Assembly: GCA_011388275.1 (NCBI GenBank)
Contig: DSAB01000119.1
Coordinates: 41,285 to 105,284, forward strand
Direction: 5' to 3'
From: a bacterium
GTDB taxonomy: Bacteria > Zhuqueibacterota > QNDG01 > DSAB01
DNA length: 64,000 bases
The position numbers and the translations under genes were made by a program. The notes beneath the pieces are model-generated. The model was not told where the DNA came from. It did no database searches and saw only the letters and a program-made list of their open reading frames with translations. Positions 9,427 through 18,624 of this stretch are shown in pieces; position 1 is the first letter of the stretch, and every line of letters starts with the position of its first letter.

Positions 9427-9750
9427 TTATGATTTTTGAATGACCTGTCCGATAGATCCCCGCGACAGTTCAACCTTGACATTCTCGGCGATTTTGACGA
9501 TCACAATGTTCTCATTTTCCTTGATACCCGCGATGGTACCGAAGATGCCTCCTGCGGTAACAACCCGATCACCCTTTTTTAAAGCCGCGAGCATCGCCTT
9601 GTGTTCTTTCTGTTTCTTCGCCTGGGGGCGAATCATCAGTAAATACATAATCAATATGATGGCGATCAGGGGAAGAAAACCTAAAATCGGATTTCCAGCG
9701 GTTCCTCCTCCAGCAGGGGCACCCCCCATAAGCATGACGATATGATTCAC
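9427..9750 (-). CDS. yajC: Preprotein translocase subunit YajC
   Basis: YLLMIRPQAKKQK...LKKGDRVVTAGGIFG. GTG 9750 follows an AGGAGG SD; the ORF-track extension to 10017 overlaps tgt. Confidence 0.93.
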   Translation of the reverse strand: MNHIVMLMGGAPAGGGTAGNPILGFLPLIAIILIMYLLMIRPQAKKQKEHKAMLAALKKGDRVVTAGGIFGTIAGIKENENIVIVKIAENVKVELSRGSIGQVIQKS

Positions 9751-9763
9751 GAGAACCTCCTTC

Positions 9764-10906
9764 CTATTCATTGGCTGATTTGTTGTTCGTTTGATAATCC
9801 GTAAAAAATTGCCGCATGAATGCATCGTATTTTTTACGCTGAATGGCCTGTCGGGCACGACCGACCAAATCCATATAAAAATAAAGATTATGCAATGTCG
9901 CCAACCGCATTGCCAGAATCTCTCCTGCCTGAAACAAATGACGCAAATAGGAGCGTGAGTAGTGCCGGCAGGCCGGGCAGGAACAGTTCCTGTCGATCGG
10001 ATCGAAATCACTTTCATATCTCCGATTCTTTAAAACCATTTTTCCTTCTGACGTATAGACCGTCCCGTTTCTTCCGTTTCTGGTGGGAATAACGCAATCG
10101 AACATATCGACACCCAGGCTGATGGCGGTTACCAGATCTTCCGGTCTTCCTACTCCCATCAGATAGCGGGGAAGCTCTTCAGGCAATTGTCTGGTGCACA
10201 ACTCGGTAATCTCCGCCATGATATCAGCCGGTTCTCCCACAGCCAGCCCTCCTATGGCATAACCGTCAAATTTCTTTTCCACAAGAGTCTGGAGATTTTC
10301 TGTTCTCAGATCATGGTAGATACTTCCCTGCACAATGGCATATAGCGCCTGTTCCTTTGAATGGACCGGCCGATTTCCACGGAAATGTTCCAGAGAACGC
10401 AGAGCCCATTTCACGGATCTTTCATGTGCTGTCCGGGCATTTTGATAATCACAGGGATACGGTGCGCACTCATCCAAAACCATACAGATGTCTGATCCCA
10501 GATTTCTCTGAATATCCACCACTTTTTCCGGTGTGAAAAAGTGATAAGATCCATCGAGATGAGACTGAAACCGGACTCCTTCGTCCGTTACTTTGCTCAA
10601 ACCTTGAAGACTGAAAACCTGATAGCCTCCGCTGTCAGTAAGAATTGATAAAGGCCAGGAAGCAAACCGGTGAAGACCGCCTGCTTCCGCTACCAGTTGA
10701 TCTCCTGGCCTTAAATACAGATGATAGGCATTACTCAGAATGATACGGGCTCCAAGGTCCACAAGTTCCTGAGAAGTCAGGGTTTTGACCGTACCCTGAG
10801 TCCCGACCGGCATGAAGACCGGTGTGGGAACCGTTCCATGAGGGCCGGAAAGCCGTCCGCATCGGCCCATGGTTTTGGCATCCCGGGTTTCGAGTGTGAA
10901 AACCAT
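9764..10906 (-). CDS. tgt: tRNA-guanine transglycosylase
   Basis: TPVFMPVGT, TDSGGYQV, YLMGVG, DMFDCVIPTRNGRNG, Zn motif CSCPAC...H. Confidence 0.97.
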   Translation of the reverse strand: MVFTLETRDAKTMGRCGRLSGPHGTVPTPVFMPVGTQGTVKTLTSQELVDLGARIILSNAYHLYLRPGDQLVAEAGGLHRFASWPLSILTDSGGYQVFSLQGLSKVTDEGVRFQSHLDGSYHFFTPEKVVDIQRNLGSDICMVLDECAPYPCDYQNARTAHERSVKWALRSLEHFRGNRPVHSKEQALYAIVQGSIYHDLRTENLQTLVEKKFDGYAIGGLAVGEPADIMAEITELCTRQLPEELPRYLMGVGRPEDLVTAISLGVDMFDCVIPTRNGRNGTVYTSEGKMVLKNRRYESDFDPIDRNCSCPACRHYSRSYLRHLFQAGEILAMRLATLHNLYFYMDLVGRARQAIQRKKYDAFMRQFFTDYQTNNKSANE

Positions 10907-10909
10907 CCT

Positions 10910-12268
10910 TCAATGTTCCTTGCCGGGCCACAATTTTCGAATATCACGTAAAGTTTCAACCGGCATAAGCCGAACCCCCTGATAGGACCGGGTTTTCCTG
11001 TTGAAAGCCGGTACGATCAAGGCATTAAATCCCAGTCTTCTTGCTTCCTGGACTCGAAGATCCAGATGAGGGACCGCCCTGACTTCACCCGACAGACCCA
11101 CTTCTCCCAAAACCGCTGTCTTCCCGCTTACCGCTTTATCCCGAATACTGGAAATCAGTGCCACGGCCACGGCCAAATCCACACCCGGTTCGGTTAATCG
11201 CAATCCTCCCGCCGCGTTGACGAATACGTCCATTGTTGAAAAGCGCTGTCCCATCCGCTTTTCCAGAACCGCAAGAAGCATGGCCAATCGCCTCTGATCA
11301 AAGCCGGTGGCTGTTCGCTGTGGAATGCCGTAACTCGTCGGCGTCACCAAAGCCTGAATCTCGACCAAGAGAGGACGGGACCCCTCCATGCTGACCGTTA
11401 CAACGGATCCGGAAGCATCCTCTCTCCTCTGAGCGATAAGATACTCGGAGGGATTTTGCACCTGAATCATGCCTTTTTCCGCCATCTCGAAAATGCCGAC
11501 TTCATTTGTCGGACCGAATCGATTCTTGACGGATCGGAACAAACGGAAAAGATGCTGCTGATCCCCTTCCAGAAAGAACATGCCGTCAACCAGATGTTCC
11601 AGAACGCGGGGTCCCGCAATGTGTCCATCCTTTGTTACATGACCCACCATCAACACCGGAATGGACATTTTTTTCGCCATCTGGGTCAACGCACCGGCAC
11701 AATAGCGAACCTGTCCGACATTTCCGGGCATGCTTTCCAAAAGAGAGGATTGGAGTGTTTGAACAGAATCGACAACTGCAGCGGAAGGCTGTATTTTCTC
11801 TATTGTGCCCAGGACGGTCTCCAGAGACGTCTCCGTAAGTACATGTATTGCAGATGAATCAATACCCAGCCGTTGTGCGCGCAGTTTGATCTGATGCAGC
11901 GATTCTTCCCCGGAAATGTACAAAACGGATTTTCCGTGATCAGCCAGCCGGTGGCAAACCTGGATTAATAAAGTGGACTTTCCCATTCCGGGAGCCCCCG
12001 CAACCAGCAAAACCGAACCGGGAACAATTCCTCCTCCTAATATCCGGTCAAATTCACCAATACCGGTGATCATTCGCGTCTGTTCGAATGCGTCGATTCG
12101 ATCCAAAGGAACCGGATCGACGGAAGGAGACCGGGTTGTGGTTCGGACAGGCTGACTGATCTCTTCTACAAACTGATTCCACGCTTCACACTCGGGACAC
12201 CGGCCCATCCACCGTGGAGATTCATGCCCGCAAGCCTGACAAACATATTTTGATTTAGACTTTTTCAT
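10910..12268 (-). CDS. radA: DNA repair protein RadA/Sms
   Basis: N-terminal CxxC-CxxC, GAPGMGKST, KNRFG, Lon-like C-terminus. Confidence 0.97.
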   Translation of the reverse strand: MKKSKSKYVCQACGHESPRWMGRCPECEAWNQFVEEISQPVRTTTRSPSVDPVPLDRIDAFEQTRMITGIGEFDRILGGGIVPGSVLLVAGAPGMGKSTLLIQVCHRLADHGKSVLYISGEESLHQIKLRAQRLGIDSSAIHVLTETSLETVLGTIEKIQPSAAVVDSVQTLQSSLLESMPGNVGQVRYCAGALTQMAKKMSIPVLMVGHVTKDGHIAGPRVLEHLVDGMFFLEGDQQHLFRLFRSVKNRFGPTNEVGIFEMAEKGMIQVQNPSEYLIAQRREDASGSVVTVSMEGSRPLLVEIQALVTPTSYGIPQRTATGFDQRRLAMLLAVLEKRMGQRFSTMDVFVNAAGGLRLTEPGVDLAVAVALISSIRDKAVSGKTAVLGEVGLSGEVRAVPHLDLRVQEARRLGFNALIVPAFNRKTRSYQGVRLMPVETLRDIRKLWPGKEH

Positions 12269-13038
12269 TTTAATTCTTTTCTTTTACCAGCGGATTTTTT
12301 TTGAATCGGCTGTTTCGAGAGAAATTCCCGAACATGAGGATGTGTACTGTGAAACAGTTCTTCCGGTGTTCCCTTGGCAATAAATGTCCCTTCGTACATC
12401 ATCGCGATACGATCCGCTATCCTGAACGCATGATACAAATCATGCGTTACCACCAGACTCGTGATACTGACTTCATGGCTGGTTCTGTTGATGAGGTTCG
12501 TAATGACATCGGCCATAAGAGGATCCAGACCGGTTGTCGGCTCATCATACAACAGAATTCTGGGTCTCATAATCATTGCCCTGGCCAAGCCCACGCGCTT
12601 TTTCATTCCCCCCGAGATCTCCGAAGGCCGTTTTGATCCGACACCCGGGAGGCCTACTCTTTCCAGCATTGCATGGACCCTTTTATCGATCTCTTCTCCG
12701 GGAAGGCTGGTATGTTCTTTCAGTGCTAAAGCGATATTCTCGGAACAGCTCATGGAATCAAACAAGGCGGCTCCCTGAAACAGCATTCCAAAATATTTTC
12801 TGAACGCAAACAGGCTCTTCTCATTCATTTTGGTCAAATCGTGTCCATCGATAATGACTCGTCCGGAATCGGGGCGAATCAACCCGATCACGGTCTTGAG
12901 AAGCACGGTTTTTCCGCAACCGCTGGCGCCAATTATAACAAGCGTTTCACCGGCGCGTACATGAAGGCTCACATCTTTCAGCACTTCATGCCCGTTAAAG
13001 GATTTACACAGTTTTTCCAGTCGTATCATATCAGACAT
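12265..13038 (-). CDS. mlaF: MlaF/Mkl-type ABC ATP-binding protein
   Basis: GASGCGKT, FQGAALFDS, ISGGMKKRVGLARA, YDEPTTGLDP. Confidence 0.88.
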   Translation of the reverse strand: MSDMIRLEKLCKSFNGHEVLKDVSLHVRAGETLVIIGASGCGKTVLLKTVIGLIRPDSGRVIIDGHDLTKMNEKSLFAFRKYFGMLFQGAALFDSMSCSENIALALKEHTSLPGEEIDKRVHAMLERVGLPGVGSKRPSEISGGMKKRVGLARAMIMRPRILLYDEPTTGLDPLMADVITNLINRTSHEVSITSLVVTHDLYHAFRIADRIAMMYEGTFIAKGTPEELFHSTHPHVREFLSKQPIQKKSAGKRKELK

Positions 13039-13042
13039 TGTT

Positions 13043-13819
13043 TTAAAAGAGAATCATGGCCAGTACATAATCCGAAATCAGAATGAATGCCGAAGAGTAT
13101 ACAAAAGCTTGAATAGTCGCTTTTCCCACACCTTCGGCACCTCCCCGTGTCCTGAATCCGATTGAACAACCGATCAAAGACGTTCCCGCGCCGAATACCA
13201 GCGCCTTGATCAGGCCTGCGACAGCGTTATAGACACTGAAATAATTCCTGACCGACCTGAAAAATATATTGGCATCAATATTCAGTAGCAAATTGGCCAC
13301 AAAGAAAGCACCCAGATGGGCGACCAGATACGAATAAATAACCAATATCGGCATCATAACCCATCCGGCTGTAAAACGGGGAAAAGCCAGATAGCGTACC
13401 GGAGAGATCGCGAGAGTTTCCAGAGCGTCGATCTGTTCGGTCACCATCATGGTGCCCAACTCAGCCGCAATCGAAGCACTCACCCTTCCGGCAATCACGA
13501 TTGCCGTTAAAACCGGTGCGAGTTCGATAAAAATCGCCGCGCTGACCGATGCTCCTAGAAAATCGAATGATATCAGACCCTGAAGCTGGTAAGCCGCTTG
13601 CCAGGAAGATACGGCACCCGTGAATATGCTGACGACCGAAACCAAAGGCAATGAATTGACACCCATTTTCAGCATCTGTTCGACAATTAAACCACGATCC
13701 TTGATCAGTCGGGGTGTATAGAGTATAATGCGATATAAAAGAATCGCCAGACGTCCTATTTCCATCAGGAAATGCAGCGTCCTGCGGCCAACTGCACTTA
13801 TTATAATTGCCCTTTTCAA
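13043..13819 (-). CDS. mlaE: MlaE-type ABC permease
   Basis: ELAPVLTAIVIAGRVSASIAAELGTM..TEQIDALE, GGAEGVGKAT. Confidence 0.92.
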   Translation of the reverse strand: MKRAIIISAVGRRTLHFLMEIGRLAILLYRIILYTPRLIKDRGLIVEQMLKMGVNSLPLVSVVSIFTGAVSSWQAAYQLQGLISFDFLGASVSAAIFIELAPVLTAIVIAGRVSASIAAELGTMMVTEQIDALETLAISPVRYLAFPRFTAGWVMMPILVIYSYLVAHLGAFFVANLLLNIDANIFFRSVRNYFSVYNAVAGLIKALVFGAGTSLIGCSIGFRTRGGAEGVGKATIQAFVYSSAFILISDYVLAMILF

Positions 13820-14397
13820 AGATACAGCCTCTTCTTCTGAATGTATTCACGAACAGCATCCGGCACCTGATAACGGATCGACTTGCCGCATTTCACTCTT
13901 TTTCTGATTTCAGAGGATGACAGCCCGATCGAAGGGCTTTCCACCCATTGCACCTTTGAAGTATATTTTTCTGGAATACCCTGCATGGCAATGCCGGGTC
14001 TTTGAACCACGACAACTTGAATTTTTGAAAGCAGCTTTTCCGGTGTTTTCCAGGAAGTCATTTCAGCCAGACTGTCCATCCCGACAATCCATACCGGATC
14101 CACTCCCGCAAGTTTCGTATCATCAAGAATTGTCTCGACCGTATCAATGCTATAAGCGGTCTGCTCAGATATCTCAATATCCAGAACAATAAAATATGGG
14201 TTGGTTTTAATGGCGAGACGAACCATATTCATACGAACGTGCGTCGGTGAGAGCTCTTTTGACGTTTTATGCGGCGGATTGGCCGTTGGAATAAAATAGA
14301 CCCGATCGAGCCGGCATTCACTGAGTACCGTTTCGGCCGCAATCAGATGACCGAAATGAATCGGATCGAATGTCCCTCCGAAAAAACCATGGCGCAT
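13816..14397 (-). CDS. nadD: Nicotinate-nucleotide adenylyltransferase
   Basis: FGGTFDPIHFGHL, PPHK, VGMDS, LSSSEIR. Confidence 0.95.
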   Translation of the reverse strand: MRHGFFGGTFDPIHFGHLIAAETVLSECRLDRVYFIPTANPPHKTSKELSPTHVRMNMVRLAIKTNPYFIVLDIEISEQTAYSIDTVETILDDTKLAGVDPVWIVGMDSLAEMTSWKTPEKLLSKIQVVVVQRPGIAMQGIPEKYTSKVQWVESPSIGLSSSEIRKRVKCGKSIRYQVPDAVREYIQKKRLYL

Positions 14398-14400
14398 GAA

Positions 14401-15189
14401 TTATTCAAAACTCCCTGTCTGAAATCCATCGTCCGTTTTGATTTTTAGATTTTTAAGCCTGTCTCTGACGCGACTGAAATATTCGCTGTCTTTATAAGTA
14501 CCTAGAAACTGATTAAACGCCATCTCAGCCTCTTCCCATTTTCGCATTGAATAGTAGCATTCGCCCTTCCAGAAAAGGGCGTCATCCGCCCAGGATGTAT
14601 CGTAAAAATGTTCAAGTACGCTGTCGAAGGAGATGATGGCTGACTCAAAATACCCCATCTTTCGATACAGTTCACCCTGTTTAAACTCTTTCTTACCCAG
14701 TTTGTCACGCAATTCCTGCATTTTCTCCTGGACCAATGGTCTTGAATCCGATTGGGGATACTCCTCTAGAAAATGCTGAAAATTGGACAATGCTTCATAA
14801 GTATACTGCTGATCCAGGGCATAACCGGGCGACAATTGATAATAGCACATTCCGATCTTAAACATCGCCTCCTCAACATATTCACTTTGAGGCATGCTCT
14901 GTATCAGCTTTGAATATTCTTCAATCGCCAGAATGTACTCTTTGGATAAATAGTTGGATTCCGCCAAATAGAATTGACTCGCTTCAGCCATTCTGTCTCC
15001 GGCATGACGTACAGCGATCAATCCAAAGTATTGTTTGGCCTTCTCGTAGTTCTTCCTGTTAAATGCGTTCATGGCGATTTTATATTGCTCATCCAGCGAG
15101 GCATCATAAAAATCCACCGCAGACTTTGTGCAAGAAATCAACAGGACTGTTATCAGCAAGCAATAAATTATCGAAAATCTCTTGTTCAT
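14401..15189 (-). CDS. bamD: Outer-membrane assembly lipoprotein BamD
   Basis: Lipobox LLISC, TPR repeats, DQQYT..A...F..FL..YP.S. Confidence 0.88.
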   Translation of the reverse strand: MNKRFSIIYCLLITVLLISCTKSAVDFYDASLDEQYKIAMNAFNRKNYEKAKQYFGLIAVRHAGDRMAEASQFYLAESNYLSKEYILAIEEYSKLIQSMPQSEYVEEAMFKIGMCYYQLSPGYALDQQYTYEALSNFQHFLEEYPQSDSRPLVQEKMQELRDKLGKKEFKQGELYRKMGYFESAIISFDSVLEHFYDTSWADDALFWKGECYYSMRKWEEAEMAFNQFLGTYKDSEYFSRVRDRLKNLKIKTDDGFQTGSFE

Positions 15190-15276
15190 GGAATCTCCCC
15201 GTGTCTCATCATTTGATTTCTGATTAATATGCCAATATAACCATTTTTTCCTGAGTTTGATTTTAATTGTAAAATT

Positions 15277-16275
15277 TTACCCGGATTGCCATCTGACGAT
15301 CAGACCGAGAGAAAACCAGTGTTTGGTTTCAGCGGTCTTTTCCAGGATATAGGCGGTTTCCAGGGAAAACGGCCGTATTTTATAACCCGTCTCACCTGCC
15401 TTCCAGTTCCAAAATCCCATTCCAACAGACAGTGTTGAATATCCTCCCTGGTTTTCACGTGAATAGCCCGACCTGAAAGCAATGTGTTTCCACGGAAAGA
15501 ATTCCAATCCAAGATGCGGTTCCAGAAACGGCCCCTTACCCTCATCACTGACATTCCGAATATCAAATGCCACTGTCATACGCCCACTGATAGAATAGGA
15601 AATACCCACATTCAATGTCTCATCAAAGAGTCTCTCGAGTGGATCACGGTCGTTTTTCCAGGGTTTTGGAAAATCGACAAAAAACAGGCCTACATGGATA
15701 TTGTGTCGGGTCGCCAAATAAAGCCCGTATCGATAACCCAGATGATAATCGGGATTCCCGTCTATTTCACGCATATACCAGTCACCGGTGATTCCAAGTG
15801 AGACATTGGGGGCCAGATGAATCGCGAATCCCATACTGGCATTGCGCATTGTTGATAGCCCGGAACTGTCAAATAGCTTCTTTCTTGATAATCTAGATTC
15901 ATCGCCTGTACTCTCTTCACCCCACAACAGACCCATATGCAATCTACCAATCTTGAATGCCGCGCCTCGTATCATCCAGGCCGTCATTCCATCGAGTCCG
16001 GTTATTCGGCTCCAATTCTGTATTGCCAATACCGGCGTCAATCCATTGATATAGACAATCCCTTGAATTCCACTCGATTCCCCCAGGTAAAAACACGCCG
16101 GATTAAAATCCAATGCAGCGAGTTCATCCTGAATGGATGTAAACGCCCCGCCCATTGCCAGAGACCGGGTTTTAACCGTGGCAATTGTCATCCGGTTTTG
16201 GGCAGAAATGGATAGTGACATACATGCCATACATAAAAGAAAAACCGATTTGAATACATGCCTGCGTAACATCAT
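15277..16275 (-). CDS. PorV/FadL-like outer-membrane beta-barrel
   Basis: Signal peptide; RSLAMGGAFTS..D..A..FNPA N-terminal motif; alternating aromatic beta-strands. Confidence 0.6.
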   Translation of the reverse strand: MMLRRHVFKSVFLLCMACMSLSISAQNRMTIATVKTRSLAMGGAFTSIQDELAALDFNPACFYLGESSGIQGIVYINGLTPVLAIQNWSRITGLDGMTAWMIRGAAFKIGRLHMGLLWGEESTGDESRLSRKKLFDSSGLSTMRNASMGFAIHLAPNVSLGITGDWYMREIDGNPDYHLGYRYGLYLATRHNIHVGLFFVDFPKPWKNDRDPLERLFDETLNVGISYSISGRMTVAFDIRNVSDEGKGPFLEPHLGLEFFPWKHIAFRSGYSRENQGGYSTLSVGMGFWNWKAGETGYKIRPFSLETAYILEKTAETKHWFSLGLIVRWQSG

Positions 16276-17825
16276 CGCTTTTCATTTCCGTTATCAGCTT
16301 TCATCGACCTTGTTTTTCTTTTTTTTAAACCAAAAGACTGAATGCAAAGCATCGTAATAATCAATCCATTTATGCTTAAAAAGAATCTCTCGATCCAGAT
16401 ACCGTAACGAGTATAGAATGATCTCTCATTGTTGACCGGAACGAAACCGGTTAAAACAATCTCTTCATTAAGTTTCGACCGCATGGTGACCCTGCCCCAT
16501 GGATCTATAATGGACGATATTCCTGTATTGGCACAGCGGGCGATACTTCTTCGATTTTCAATAGCCCTGAGCACCGCAATCTCATGATGCTGATAGGGTC
16601 CCGATGTATTGCCAAACCATCCGTCATTGGTAATAATCAGGAGAAACTCCGCACCCCGTTCAATAGACTGTCGAATCAGGCCGGGGAAAATGGACTCGAA
16701 ACAGATCGCAATTGAAAAAGCGACCTCCCTTTTGAGGGTGGCAGAATGTGCATGGAATACACAAATGGAATCACCGGATGTAAAATCTCCTATATCTGGA
16801 TGAATCCGATCCAGGATATTGTACAAAAAAGGCAATTGTTCGACAAAAGGAACTTTCTCTGAGAAAGGGACGAGCCTGATTTTATTGTATCTTTCGATTT
16901 TCATGCTGTTCGGACGAATGAGCAACGCCCCATTATAGGTATGAAAATTGCCTTCCTCATCCCAGTCATAATCCGGGGCTCCTGTAATGAGGGGAATATT
17001 GATGCTGTCTATCTGGGTCTTGATCCGTCGCAGATATGAGTATTTATGCCTTATATAGGCGGGTGTCGCTGTTTCTGGCCATACGATGAAATCGGGATTT
17101 TGCGTTGCACCCTGATTCGTCAGTCTGTGATATACCGAAAAACTTGTGTCAATAAATTCAGGAGTCCATTTCTTATATGGATCAATATTACCCTGAACCA
17201 GAGAAATTCTCAATTGTTCTTCTTCAAACCGGTCATTCATGGTCAACAATCCATGAAGCAGAGGAAGAATGCACAGTACAATAAATATGGATATATTTCT
17301 TCTACCGGCCTTTCCATGATTTCTCACGGCAGAGTAGATCAGAACATTGAGAATCATGATCCAGAAAGTGACACCATAAGCGCCTGTCCATGAAGCGAAT
17401 TGAATCATAGCCGGAATACGGGAAAAAGAATAGGCCAGTTTGTTCCAGGGGAAAGCCATGGCCCCCATGGAGTTTATGATCTCGATTCCCGTCCATAAAA
17501 ACGGTACGGCAAGAAAGGCGATGTTTCCCCACCGCTTGCGCACCAGGGTAAAAATGCCGCTGAAAAGTGCGGTGAATACCGGCAGCCAGAGCAATGCACC
17601 CAAAAGACCCGGCAATGTCGCCCATCCGATCCAATAGAGAGTTCCACCATTCCAGATCAATCCCAATACATAACCGGCTTTCAGGGAATCATAAAGATTA
17701 CGCGATTGGATATAAATAAGAAATGGCACCCAAACAAAAGGAGCCAGAAACCAAAACGATAATGGAGGTTGAATCAGAGCAAGGCCCAATCCGCTGATCA
17801 ATAGTGTTATCCAATCCCGCTTCAA
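16272..17825 (-). CDS. lnt: Apolipoprotein N-acyltransferase
   Basis: QGNID, WPETA (E), YNKIRLVPFSE (K), ICFESIF (C), TNDGWFG, RAIENRR. TTG start at 17825. Confidence 0.95.
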   Translation of the reverse strand: MKRDWITLLISGLGLALIQPPLSFWFLAPFVWVPFLIYIQSRNLYDSLKAGYVLGLIWNGGTLYWIGWATLPGLLGALLWLPVFTALFSGIFTLVRKRWGNIAFLAVPFLWTGIEIINSMGAMAFPWNKLAYSFSRIPAMIQFASWTGAYGVTFWIMILNVLIYSAVRNHGKAGRRNISIFIVLCILPLLHGLLTMNDRFEEEQLRISLVQGNIDPYKKWTPEFIDTSFSVYHRLTNQGATQNPDFIVWPETATPAYIRHKYSYLRRIKTQIDSINIPLITGAPDYDWDEEGNFHTYNGALLIRPNSMKIERYNKIRLVPFSEKVPFVEQLPFLYNILDRIHPDIGDFTSGDSICVFHAHSATLKREVAFSIAICFESIFPGLIRQSIERGAEFLLIITNDGWFGNTSGPYQHHEIAVLRAIENRRSIARCANTGISSIIDPWGRVTMRSKLNEEIVLTGFVPVNNERSFYTRYGIWIERFFLSINGLIITMLCIQSFGLKKRKTRSMKADNGNEKR

Positions 17826-18283
17826 GTTTGCTCCATCTCCTGATTGGTGCGACCGGAATGACAATCCAGATAACTTTGCAACAAGTATACCGCTGCCAAT
17901 TGATCTATCCTTTCCTTGTAATGACCTGTCTTTACACGAAGTTCTCTCAACGAACGTTTTGCCTGTATCGATGTCAGTCGTTCATCCCAAAGTATGACCG
18001 GACGGTTCAGTGCTGCCTGCAGTTTTTGAGCGAATCGCTCGACTTCACGGCTCATGCGGCTTTGATTCCCTTTCAGTGCCAGTGGAAGTCCCAGCACAAC
18101 CTCAGTGATTTGATAGGAATCCACCAAATCGGCCAGAGATTTCAGAAGTTCCGGCAAAGTTTTCCATGTCAGGGTTTCGAGCGGCTGAGCGGTTAAGCCC
18201 AGGGCGTCACTGACTGCAAGACCGATACGGCGTCGCCCGTAATCCAATGCCAGAAATCGGCCCACTTTTCGATTATTCGGCAA
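17822..18283 (-). CDS. ruvX: YqgF/RuvX pre-16S rRNA maturation nuclease
   Basis: LALDYGRRRIGLAVSD, GLPL, WDERLTS, IDQLAAVYLLQSYLD. Confidence 0.94.
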   Translation of the reverse strand: MPNNRKVGRFLALDYGRRRIGLAVSDALGLTAQPLETLTWKTLPELLKSLADLVDSYQITEVVLGLPLALKGNQSRMSREVERFAQKLQAALNRPVILWDERLTSIQAKRSLRELRVKTGHYKERIDQLAAVYLLQSYLDCHSGRTNQEMEQT

Positions 18284-18590
18284 GGGGTTTCTTTAACACT
18301 TCTTTCAGCAGCTTGCCTGCTTTGAAATGGGTCTTTCTCCGTGCCGGAACATAAATAATTTCACCGGTTTTTGGATTTCTTGCTTTGGGTTTTGGTTTGG
18401 TTTTTTTCACTTCAAAGACACCAAAATCCCGGATTTCGATTCGCACTTCCGGATTTGCCTCTGACATGAATTCCCTAAGAGCAGTAAACACTCCATCCAC
18501 AATCTTCTCCGTGATGTAGATCCGTTCATTCACTAATTTTGCCGTTCGCTTCGCGACGTCTTTTTTCGTGATCGTCTCCATCTTGCTCAT
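18273..18590 (-). CDS. HU/IHF-family nucleoid protein
   Basis: IEIRDFGVFEVK...ARNPKTGE...F.AGK.LKE. Confidence 0.92.
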   Translation of the reverse strand: MSKMETITKKDVAKRTAKLVNERIYITEKIVDGVFTALREFMSEANPEVRIEIRDFGVFEVKKTKPKPKARNPKTGEIIYVPARRKTHFKAGKLLKEVLKKPLAE

Positions 18591-18624
18591 TGATTTCTCC
18601 TCCCAAATTATTCAGTAGGATGAA

